A stretch of 64,000 nucleotides of DNA from Candidatus Eiseniibacteriota bacterium (GTDB lineage Bacteria; Eisenbacteria; RBG-16-71-46): positions 960,001 through 1,024,000 of the forward strand of contig CAVSAC010000010.1 in the NCBI GenBank assembly GCA_963725865.1, given 5' to 3'. Below the pieces are notes generated by a model. That model made no database searches. It was not told the origin of the DNA and saw only the letters and a list, made by a program, of their open reading frames with translations. Made by a program: the position numbers and the translations under genes. Of this stretch, positions 29,211 through 36,944 are shown in pieces; position 1 is the stretch's first letter; each line of letters opens with the position of its first letter.

Positions 29211-30361
29211 GCGGCGGTCCTCCGCAGGGCCGCCACCTCGTCCTCGAGGTGCGCGCGCAGGTCGGCGATGTGCCGCACCCGGCCGGGGATCGGCCGGTTC
29301 GACCACAGCAGCGCCGCCATGTCGGGATGCGCGGGGGCGTAGCCGTGCATCGCGGCGACCGGCGCGGAGCCCATGAACGACGGGGCGAACAGCACGCCGG
29401 GATCGAGCAGGAACAGGTCCTCGCCGTAGGCGTGATCAGCGAACACCGCGCCCTCGCGCGCGAGCGTCTCGGCGTCGAGCCAGCGCCCGCAGCCGAGCGC
29501 TTCGTACGCCGCCCGGATCGGCGCGCGCGCGGCCGCCGTCCGCCACCAGAAGCGCGCGAACGTCGAGTCGAGGAACGGCAGGTAGTCGCGGCCGGAGCGG
29601 AACGGCAGTCCGGCCAGTGGCGCGAACGCGTTCACCGTGCGGACCACATCCACCATGCCGTGGTCGGAGATCAGGTAGAGCCACAGCGCCTCGCCGCGGC
29701 GCGCGGCCGCCGCCTCGAGACGCGCGATCGCGGCGTCGTAGCGCCCGAGCCGCTCGCGCACGCCGGCGCCGCGCGAGCCCTCGCGGTGCAGCAGCGCGTC
29801 GAGATCCGCCGTGTACAGGAACAGCACGTCGTCGCCGCCCTCGTCGAACGCGCGCTCGAGCGCGGCGAGGTTGTCGGCCTCGGGCGTGCGCCAGTTCCAC
29901 CCCCGCCAGCGCACCGCGTCGCGCGCGAGCACGTCCCACCACGACTCGAGCGGCAGCCCGCCGGGCGCGAAGATGTCGGCGCGCTCGGGCAGTTCGAACT
30001 CGGGCAGCAGCGCGAGCGGCACCTCGTACAGGTTGAAATATCCGCGCACCCCGCGGCGGGCGATGTCGCGCGTCAGCCGCTGCCGCAGCCGCCACGAGCG
30101 GGCGAGGCGCGGGGGCAGCCAGCGCGTCCAACCGAAGCCGCGGAACGTCGCGTCGCCATCGCGGGCGCGGCGATACATCAGGAAGCGGCCATGCTCGAAC
30201 GGCAGCCGCCCGGTGAAGATGGTCGGCAGCGCGCCGGAGGAGAAGCCCAGGATGGTGTCGAGCCGGCGGCGGTGCGCGAGCCCGCGCGCGAGCCCGGGGG
30301 CGCGCTCGGCGAGCGTCCACCCGAGGGCGTCGACGAGCATCACGACCATGCGGGCCCTCAC
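29207..30361 (-). CDS. Alkaline phosphatase superfamily protein (type I phosphodiesterase/nucleotide pyrophosphatase-like)
   Basis: LVDALGW, FSSGALPTIFTG..HG, DALLH..G, LISDHGM, AMHGY. Confidence 0.85.
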   Translation of the reverse strand: MRARMVVMLVDALGWTLAERAPGLARGLAHRRRLDTILGFSSGALPTIFTGRLPFEHGRFLMYRRARDGDATFRGFGWTRWLPPRLARSWRLRQRLTRDIARRGVRGYFNLYEVPLALLPEFELPERADIFAPGGLPLESWWDVLARDAVRWRGWNWRTPEADNLAALERAFDEGGDDVLFLYTADLDALLHREGSRGAGVRERLGRYDAAIARLEAAAARRGEALWLYLISDHGMVDVVRTVNAFAPLAGLPFRSGRDYLPFLDSTFARFWWRTAAARAPIRAAYEALGCGRWLDAETLAREGAVFADHAYGEDLFLLDPGVLFAPSFMGSAPVAAMHGYAPAHPDMAALLWSNRPIPGRVRHIADLRAHLEDEVAALRRTAA

Positions 30362-31551
30362 GGCGTCACCGCGGTGCGCAGGCCGTCGAGCAGCCAGCGA
30401 TCCCACGCGCCCACCACCTGGCGCACGGCGGCGTCCCGCTCCAGGTGGACGGCGCCGGGGACCACGCCGAGCCGCGCGAGCGCTCGCGCGGAGGCGTCGT
30501 CCGGCGGCGCGGCGGCGGCGAGCAGCAGCACGCCGGCAGCGGCGTGCACGCGATGCTGGGGCGTGCCGGCGATCGCGTACGCGAGGCGGGCCAGCAGCGC
30601 CGGCCCGCTCCCGGTGCGCGCGCGGAACGCGAGGGCCTGGCGCAGGCGCCGGCGCAGCGGCGCCCGCGCCGCCAGCGCCGCGACGCGCCGCCAGGGGTCG
30701 GCGGGCGGCCCCAGGGGCGCGTGCGCCAGCCACGCCGTGCACCAGGCGCGAGCGACCGTGCGCCACTCCGCGTCCGCGGCGGCCGGATCGAGCGCTTCGA
30801 CCGCGCCCGCGCGCCACGCGAGCGCCGCGGGCCAGACCGGCTCGAGCGCCGACTCCGGGCGCGGCTCCCCGGCGCGGCGCGAGCGCCACCACGCCAGCCG
30901 GGCCGCGGCACCATCGGGCCACTCCCCGGCCTCGAGTGCCGCGGCACCGGCGAGGTCGAGCGCCACCTTGAGCACGGCGTGGCGGGCGAGCAGGCGAGTG
31001 AGGCGATCGCCCGAGGTGGCGCCCGGCTCGGCGAGCAGCAGCTCGAACGCGCGGTTCTCGATCAACAGCAGCGTCTCCTCGTGACTCACGTCCTGCGCGC
31101 GCCAGTGGGGCAGGCGCTCGAGCACGGCGGGATCGCCGGCGACCACCCGGCCGTGGCGCCGCAGCTCCAGCGTGGCGGGCCGCGCGGGGAAGCGCGCGAG
31201 GCCCGGCTCGGTCAGGAACGCGACCTCGAGCGGTGCCGCCAGCCCCGCGACCCGCGCCGCGCCGCGCGCGCGGTCGGCGGACGCCCGCGCGGCGGCGGCG
31301 CGGCAGGCGTCGTCATCGCCCAGGACCGCGTACAGGTCGACGTCCGAGAGCGAGACGGCGACGCCGTTCACCTCGGCCCACACCGCTTCGCCCGACGCGT
31401 GGCTGCCGGACAGGATCAGCGCGCGCAGCGACTCGCCCGCCCATGCGCTGGCGCGGCGAACGCAGGCATCCAGCACCGTGGATGCGCGCGAGCCCGTGTG
31501 CTCCATGCGGGACGACACGGGCTCGGCAGGCATGAGAAGGGGGCGGCTCAC
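30358..31551 (-). CDS. Nucleotidyltransferase-fold (Pol-beta-like) protein; start uncertain (31551/31533/31506)
   Basis: LILSGSHASGE...SLSDVDLYAV (hGS...DxD), followed by a helical region. Confidence 0.65.
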   Translation of the reverse strand: MSRPLLMPAEPVSSRMEHTGSRASTVLDACVRRASAWAGESLRALILSGSHASGEAVWAEVNGVAVSLSDVDLYAVLGDDDACRAAAARASADRARGAARVAGLAAPLEVAFLTEPGLARFPARPATLELRRHGRVVAGDPAVLERLPHWRAQDVSHEETLLLIENRAFELLLAEPGATSGDRLTRLLARHAVLKVALDLAGAAALEAGEWPDGAAARLAWWRSRRAGEPRPESALEPVWPAALAWRAGAVEALDPAAADAEWRTVARAWCTAWLAHAPLGPPADPWRRVAALAARAPLRRRLRQALAFRARTGSGPALLARLAYAIAGTPQHRVHAAAGVLLLAAAAPPDDASARALARLGVVPGAVHLERDAAVRQVVGAWDRWLLDGLRTAVTP

Positions 31552-31567
31552 TCGACGGTGGGAGGCG

Positions 31568-32371
31568 CTACAGCCGGCGGTAGATGAACTCGGGGATCTC
31601 CAGCATGCGGCGATTGAGCACGGTGCCGACGACCCGGCCGCCGGCCTTGCGCAGCAGCTCGACCGATCGCGCGAGCACCGGGCGCTTGGTCCGGCCGGCC
31701 TGCGCGACCAGCACCACGGCGTCGGCGACGGCCGCGAGCACCGAAGCGTCGGACGAGTCGAGCACCGGCGGACCGTCGATCACCAGCCAGTCGTAGGCGG
31801 ATGCGCAGGCTTCGACCATCTCACGCGCGTCCGCGGGCGAGAACATGCCCGCACGCAACCGCTCGTCGGGCACCGGCAGGGCGTGCAGGTTGATCGCGAC
31901 CCCCGCTTCGAGGCCCGGACGCACGCCCGGATCGCCGGTCCGGCAGGTGGCGATCCGATGCGTCAGATCGATCTCGATGCTCGGGCGATCGGCGTTCGCG
32001 TCCAGGATCAGCGTGTGGAGCGTGCGGTCGCGCGCGAGCGTCCAGGCGAACTGCTGGACCACCGTGGTCGTCCCCTCGCCCCCCTGGGGACCCAGGAAGA
32101 CGACCGTGCGCGGCGTGCGATCGGGCAGCGCGGCCTCGAGGTTCACGCGCAGCGTGGTCATCTGCTGCACCACGTCGTCATCGGTGGGGACCGACAGGGT
32201 CAGCGGATAGCCGTGACGCGGCTCGACCACGCGCTCGGAATACGAGCTCGGCCCTGCCCGGGTCGCGCCCGGCGTCACCGGCGCGGGCGGCGACGGCGGC
32301 GCGACGTGCGGGCTCGCGGGTTCGTGACGGCCCGCCTGGGCCTTGCGGAGAGCGTCGAAGATGCGGGACAT
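31568..32371 (-). CDS. CpsD/CapB family BY-kinase-like protein with a degenerate Walker A
   Basis: MSRIFDALRKA, GEGTTT, ILDANADRP, YDWLVIDGPPVL, VLNRR..EIPEFIYRRL. Confidence 0.85.
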   Translation of the reverse strand: MSRIFDALRKAQAGRHEPASPHVAPPSPPAPVTPGATRAGPSSYSERVVEPRHGYPLTLSVPTDDDVVQQMTTLRVNLEAALPDRTPRTVVFLGPQGGEGTTTVVQQFAWTLARDRTLHTLILDANADRPSIEIDLTHRIATCRTGDPGVRPGLEAGVAINLHALPVPDERLRAGMFSPADAREMVEACASAYDWLVIDGPPVLDSSDASVLAAVADAVVLVAQAGRTKRPVLARSVELLRKAGGRVVGTVLNRRMLEIPEFIYRRL

Positions 32372-32389
32372 GCGAGGTGAGTTCTCCTG

Positions 32390-33772
32390 TCAGGAAGCCA
32401 CGCGGCGGCGGCGACGCTCGGGGAGCGTGGCGAGCACCGGCAGCTCGACCGCCTCCTCGGCATGGTGTGCGGTGCGCACGGTGATGTCCAGGCTGTCGAT
32501 GAAGAACGCGAGCCCCACGCCCACCACCAGGCTGAACGCCGGCGCGAGCGCGATGCGCACGTAGTCGCGCGTGTTGGTGGGCGTGCCGGGGCTCGCCGGC
32601 GAGAGCAGGATGACGGTGGCGCGCGATACCACGGTCTCGTTGACGCGCGCCAAGTCGCTCTTCTCGACCAGTTCGCGGTTGCGGTCCTTGAGCACCTGCA
32701 GATCGTGGTCGTACCTCGACATCTGCGCCTCGGCCGCCGGCATCGCGTCGAGCTGCGTCTGGACGCGGGTCTCGCTCGCGCTGGAGCGAGGACCAGGCGC
32801 GACTGCAGACGCGAGGTGCGCGACGTCTGCACCTGCATCCGGCTCTCGACTTCGCGCTTGAGCATGTCGCGCAGCGATTGGAGCGTCTCCTGCGCGTTGA
32901 CCACCTCCGGCGACTCGTCGCGATAGCGCTCGTGCAGCTGGATGACCCGCGTCTCCTGGTCGAGGATCTTCTGCTTGAGATCTCACCATGGCGTCGATAC
33001 CGGTCAGCGGATTCTCCATCGGCATGTCGATCCCGGGCTGCTCCTGCAGCCGGCGCATCGCGTCGATCCCGGCCTGCGCCTCGGCGAGGTCGGCCTCGGT
33101 CTCGGCGATCTGCTGCTGCACCGCGGTGAGCTGCTGGACCAGCGCACGGGTCCGATCCCCGACATCGCCCACGCCACGCTCGGCGAGATAGCGACGGCGC
33201 TCCTCGATCAGCCGGTTGATCGAGTGCTCGACATCGCCAAGCTGGGTGCGGAAGAAGGCCTCGGGATACGACACGCCCATCGAGTTGGTCCGGTAGTCGA
33301 TGTAGGCACGGATCAGGGCGTCGCACACCCGGTGCGCGACCTGGGGATCAGCGCTGTGATAGCCGATCGCGATCACGTTGCTCTTCCCCATGACCTCGAC
33401 GTCCACGTTCCCGGGGGCCACGTCGAGCGGCTGCTGCCCGGGAGCGACCCCCTCGGCGAGCAGGGCGCGGGTGCGGTCGAGCACCGGCACGCTCTTGATG
33501 AGCTGCATCTCGCTGCCCAGCTCCTGCTCCCAGTCGCCGTAGATCCGCCGGTCCGGCTCCAGCACGCTCAGCTGCTCGCCCCGCTTGAAGAGCACGCGCC
33601 CGGAGGACACGTAGGCCGTCGGCGTGGAGAACGCCAGCCCGAGCACGGTCGCGGTCGTCACCAGGAAGAGCCCCAGGATGATCCAGCGGCGACGGAAGAG
33701 CACCGCGAGGAACTCGCGAGTGGTCGCCTGCGGGGCGCTGGGCGCCGATGCGGTGCGCGGGGGGTCGGTCAT
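32390..33772 (-). CDS. Wzz/GumC-type polysaccharide co-polymerase, compensating frameshifts near 32985 and 32785
   Basis: EFLAVLFRRRWII TM, LIKSVPVL, coiled coils, LSPASP, C-terminal TM GLAFFIDSLD...ELPVLATLP. The middle part (LHERYRDESPEVV) is in another frame. Confidence 0.85.
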   Translation of the reverse strand: MTDPPRTASAPSAPQATTREFLAVLFRRRWIILGLFLVTTATVLGLAFSTPTAYVSSGRVLFKRGEQLSVLEPDRRIYGDWEQELGSEMQLIKSVPVLDRTRALLAEGVAPGQQPLDVAPGNVDVEVMGKSNVIAIGYHSADPQVAHRVCDALIRAYIDYRTNSMGVSYPEAFFRTQLGDVEHSINRLIEERRRYLAERGVGDVGDRTRALVQQLTAVQQQIAETEADLAEAQAGIDAMRRLQEQPGIDMPMENPLTGIDAMVRSQAEDPRPGDAGHPAARALSRRVAGGGQRAGDAPIAARHAQARSREPDAGADVAHLASAVAPGPRSSASETRVQTQLDAMPAAEAQMSRYDHDLQVLKDRNRELVEKSDLARVNETVVSRATVILLSPASPGTPTNTRDYVRIALAPAFSLVVGVGLAFFIDSLDITVRTAHHAEEAVELPVLATLPERRRRRVAS

Positions 33773-33786
33773 CGAGGCGTCGCTTC

Positions 33787-34521
33787 CTATCGTGAAGTCT
33801 GGACCACGAAGACGCGGTCGAGGTTGAACAGCTCCCACCCGGTGATGGCCATGCTGAGCGCCCGGTCGGGGCCCCCCAGCAGCTGGCGCGTGAAGATGTC
33901 GAGATTGCCGACCGTCGAACGCGGCACGTACACGATGTCGTAGCGACCCACCATCAGGTCCTGGCTGAGGTCGCCGCTCTTGATCGCCTTGTCGAGCCGC
34001 AACCGGGCGACCTTCACGTTGCGCGCGCCGTCACGCCGGAACACGACCACGCTGTTGCGTGCCGCGTCCTCCTTGAAGCCCCCCGCCCCCGCGATCGCCT
34101 GCAACACCGTCATGAACGGCCTCACGGGTACCGAACTCGGGGCCTGCACCTGCCCGAGCACGTGCACCAGGTTGCCGGCGACGTCGGCCACCTCGACGGT
34201 CACGCGCGGATTGCGCAGCTCGGGAGCCAGCAGTGCCACCAGCGCCTGCTCCAGCTCGCGCGGGGTCAGTCCCGCGGCGACCACGTCGCCCACCGGAAAC
34301 ACCGAGATGCGCCCGTCGGGCCGGACCTTGACCACCCGCACCATGTCGCCCGGCACGTCGGTGCGGGGACCGAAATTCAGATTGAGCTGGTCGCCGGGCA
34401 CCATGCGGTACTCGGGCATCCGGCTCCAGTCCATGCCGGTCGAATCCGCCGGACCGGCGCTCGCCACTCGACAGGTAACCGCCGCGAGCAGCACGAACGC
34501 GAGGAGGATCAGACGTCGCAT
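33787..34521 (-). CDS. wza: Polysaccharide export protein (Wza/OPX)
   Basis: Signal peptide, YRMVPGDQL, VRPDGRISVFPVGDVVAAGLT, SLBB domain VHVLGQV..AIAGAGGF, DIVYVPRS. Confidence 0.88.
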   Translation of the reverse strand: MRRLILLAFVLLAAVTCRVASAGPADSTGMDWSRMPEYRMVPGDQLNLNFGPRTDVPGDMVRVVKVRPDGRISVFPVGDVVAAGLTPRELEQALVALLAPELRNPRVTVEVADVAGNLVHVLGQVQAPSSVPVRPFMTVLQAIAGAGGFKEDAARNSVVVFRRDGARNVKVARLRLDKAIKSGDLSQDLMVGRYDIVYVPRSTVGNLDIFTRQLLGGPDRALSMAITGWELFNLDRVFVVQTSR

Positions 34522-34547
34522 CGGATGGATCACGAGTGCTCTCCCGG

Positions 34548-34589
34548 AAACCGAAAAACCCCGGCTCCCTCCGCACGGGGGAACCGGGG
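34548..34589 (-). terminator. Intrinsic terminator/attenuator ~27 nt upstream of wza
   Basis: Minus strand: CCCCGGTTCCC-ccgtgcgga-GGGAGCCGGGG followed by TTTTTCGGTTT. Confidence 0.7.
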
Positions 34590-34771
34590 CCATCTCGCCA
34601 CGCGGCGGACTGGTCGATTCACCGGACGCAGGAGCCCTGCCGGCCACATGCCGGCTCAGTGCAGCTTCCGGATCGGAACGCCATGCGCGACCGATCCGAG
34701 GGAGTAGCAACGTGCGTCTCGATGGACCTCCGCCTGGACCTGGAACCACCGGTATCCCCGGCGGTTTCGAG
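34548..34771 (-). ncRNA. Candidate structured ncRNA or 5' leader, family unassigned
   Basis: Lies between a consensus promoter and a terminator. Nested helices are visible by eye: GGCGGA/TCCGCC, GGTC/GACC, GACGCA/TGCGTC, CGGATCGG/CCGATCCG, GCCGGC/GCCGGC and 5' hairpin AACCGCCGG/CCGGTGGTT. Confidence 0.55.
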
Positions 34772-34777
34772 GCACGA

Positions 34778-34807
34778 AGTATAGGAACCCGGTTCCGAGA
34801 TTGTCAA
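34778..34807 (-). promoter_or_regulatory. sigma70 promoter TTGACA-N18-TATACT with palindrome GGAACC-G-GGTTCC in the spacer
   Basis: -35 at 34807-34802 and -10 at 34783-34778. Near-perfect consensus in otherwise very GC-rich DNA. Confidence 0.8.
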
Positions 34808-34868
34808 CGTTGGATACCCCGCCGGGGGCTCCCCGATCACGAATTCCGCAAGGGGCGTGCCGCCGGTT

Positions 34869-35816
34869 TCAGCGCGCCAGGCGGTCCAAGACCGCCCCGC
34901 AGAACAGCGGGACCAGGATCTCGTGGTGTCCGGTGAGCGAAATACCCCGTGCGCCGGGTGCCCGGGTGGGTCGTTCGACCACATTGACGCGCGGGCGATA
35001 GTGCTGGATCTGGTCCAGGTTGACGGTCGTGAGGCCATCCAGGTCCGCCCCCAGATTGCGCGCCACGGTGAGCGCCTTGAGGAACACCTCCGGCATCACG
35101 ACGGCCGATCCGAGATTGAGGACCACCGCCCCCCGCGCCTCCGCCAGCGTCGCGGCGAGGATCCGAAAGTCGCGCAGCGTGGCGGCCCCGAGCGCCGCCC
35201 CGTCGCAGGCCGGGTGGTAGTGGATGGTGTCGGTGCCGACGGCGACGTGCACCGTGGCCGGCACCCCCGCCCGCCAGGCGGCCAGCAGCAGGCTGGCGGC
35301 TGCGTGCGGTGGTGCGGCGGCCTCGAGCGCGCGCCCCCAGCACTCCCCCAGTCCCTCCGAACGCCGCGCCCCCTCCGCCATCGCCGCGTTCATGAAGTCG
35401 CCGGTCTCGTCCACCATGCCGAAGGTCCCGGACTGCAGGTTGGCATCGACGTCCTCGGACGTCCGCCCCAGCCGGGCGATCTCGACATCGTGGATGGCGA
35501 CCGAGCCGTTCATGGCGAGGTGGGTGATCGCGCCCCGTGCGACCAGCGCGATGAGGCAGGGCGAGACTCCGGTCTTGACCACGTGGCCGCCCAGCATCGC
35601 CACCACCGGACGCCGGTCCGCGACCGCACGTGCGGTGCGCTCGACCGCCTCGCGCAGCGCCAGCGCCGCGAGCTGGTCCGGCAGCGCGTCGAGCACCGCG
35701 CGGGCGACGCCCGGCGCCAGCGGGCGGGCGAAGTCCTCGACGCGCACGCGGGTGGGACGCTCGGCCACCGAGCCGACCGTGAGGCGCGAGAGGTCGGCCT
35801 CACGATAGCGCGACAT
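34869..35816 (-). CDS. Conserved hypothetical protein, deoxyhypusine-synthase-like fold (GSU2086-like)
   Basis: MLGGHVVKTG, AMNGSVAIHDVE, TSEDV, FGMVDETG, GTDTIH, NLGSAVVMPEVFLKA, GHHEIL. Confidence 0.75.
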   Translation of the reverse strand: MSRYREADLSRLTVGSVAERPTRVRVEDFARPLAPGVARAVLDALPDQLAALALREAVERTARAVADRRPVVAMLGGHVVKTGVSPCLIALVARGAITHLAMNGSVAIHDVEIARLGRTSEDVDANLQSGTFGMVDETGDFMNAAMAEGARRSEGLGECWGRALEAAAPPHAAASLLLAAWRAGVPATVHVAVGTDTIHYHPACDGAALGAATLRDFRILAATLAEARGAVVLNLGSAVVMPEVFLKALTVARNLGADLDGLTTVNLDQIQHYRPRVNVVERPTRAPGARGISLTGHHEILVPLFCGAVLDRLAR

Positions 35817-36739
35817 CAGGCGCCCGCCTTGAATTCCTGCAGGATCACGTCGATCGATCCGATCGTCACCTTGCTCCTCATCAGCACCGGGATGCGGCGC
35901 TCGTCGGCGGTCAGCCAGATGAGCAGCCGTCCCTTGTTCTTGAAGATGCCGCCGGCCTTGAGCACGGGCTCGAGCACGACGCAGTCGAAGGTGCCGGCGG
36001 GCGTCTTCACGCGGTCGCGGCCGAGGATCTTCACCTCGAGCGGCGTGCTCTTGCGGCTCGCATGATAGTCGAACACGATGCTGCCGCCGATCGGCAATGC
36101 CTGGGTGCGCGTGTAGTAGAACGACGACAGCGCGTCCTGGCAACGGTCGGGGATCGGGAACGTGGCGCCGTTGCGGTAGTGCGCCTCGAGCGTCTGGTAG
36201 TCGAACTGGATGTCCTCCTGTGCCCGGAAGCCGCCCTCGCGGCGATTCTCGGCGTAGCGCCACGAGTAGTGACCGTCGCGGTCCCAGGTGGACTCGATGC
36301 GGTTGCGCACCTTGTAGATCATGCTGACGAACCCGTTCGACTCGGCGCGCGCGATCAGGTGGAACGCCGGGCGCCCGTCGTGGTCGACCATCTCCGGCAC
36401 CTCGAGCCAGGCGGTTCCAGCGTGGGCGAACTTCCACTGTACCGAGAACCGCAGCGATTCCCCGACGCGGATCGGATGCGCGGGCGCCGGCAGCACCTCG
36501 TGCTCACCCGGCGGCGGGACCACGATCGAGCTGGCGATGTCCGACGTGTCGCGCGTGGTGTCGGGCGCGGTGCCGCGCGCGGTGTCGCGCACCGCCGGGA
36601 GGCTGTCGGTCTCGCCGTCGCCGCGCGCGACGGGCACGGCCAGCGCGAGCACCAACAGAGCGGCGAGCGGTCCGAGCGGCGAGAGGCACTGCCGCGCGCT
36701 GAAGAGGCGCATCCGGTACCTCGGAGAGTGATGGCTCAT
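35816..36739 (-). CDS. DUF3108 domain exported protein (start approximate)
   Basis: Signal peptide, GESLRFSVQW..AG.A, QDALSSFYY, VKTPAGTFDC, IWLTADERRIPV. Confidence 0.82.
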   Translation of the reverse strand: MSHHSPRYRMRLFSARQCLSPLGPLAALLVLALAVPVARGDGETDSLPAVRDTARGTAPDTTRDTSDIASSIVVPPPGEHEVLPAPAHPIRVGESLRFSVQWKFAHAGTAWLEVPEMVDHDGRPAFHLIARAESNGFVSMIYKVRNRIESTWDRDGHYSWRYAENRREGGFRAQEDIQFDYQTLEAHYRNGATFPIPDRCQDALSSFYYTRTQALPIGGSIVFDYHASRKSTPLEVKILGRDRVKTPAGTFDCVVLEPVLKAGGIFKNKGRLLIWLTADERRIPVLMRSKVTIGSIDVILQEFKAGA

Positions 36740-36793
36740 ACCCTGTCGGGGCTGCAATTCCGGTGCCCGGAGGGCGCGACCGGAGTGGCGCGC

Positions 36794-36822
36794 ACTATGT
36801 CCAGCCCCCATGCGGCTGTCAA
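36794..36822 (-). promoter_or_regulatory. sigma70-like promoter TTGACA-N17-CATAGT
   Basis: Perfect -35 and 17-nt spacer upstream of the DUF3108 gene. Confidence 0.55.
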
Positions 36823-36944
36823 TCAGCGGCTTGGGCGTTCGCCCCGGCGCGGCGCCGCGGCCCCGGGCGGGCACCCGCGTGGCCGCGGCGCCTCGCCTGC
36901 GACCGGGCTTCGACCGTCCCGGAGCACCCCGTTCGGCACGCGCG

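Noticed and set aside
34548..34771. Assignment as glmS ribozyme, SRP RNA, tmRNA, or c-di-GMP/c-di-AMP riboswitch
   Set aside because: The conserved cores I recall for these families are missing (glmS AGCGCC...GACGAGG; SRP CAGG...GGAAGCAG). 6S cannot be excluded, but the rod is short. Left unassigned.
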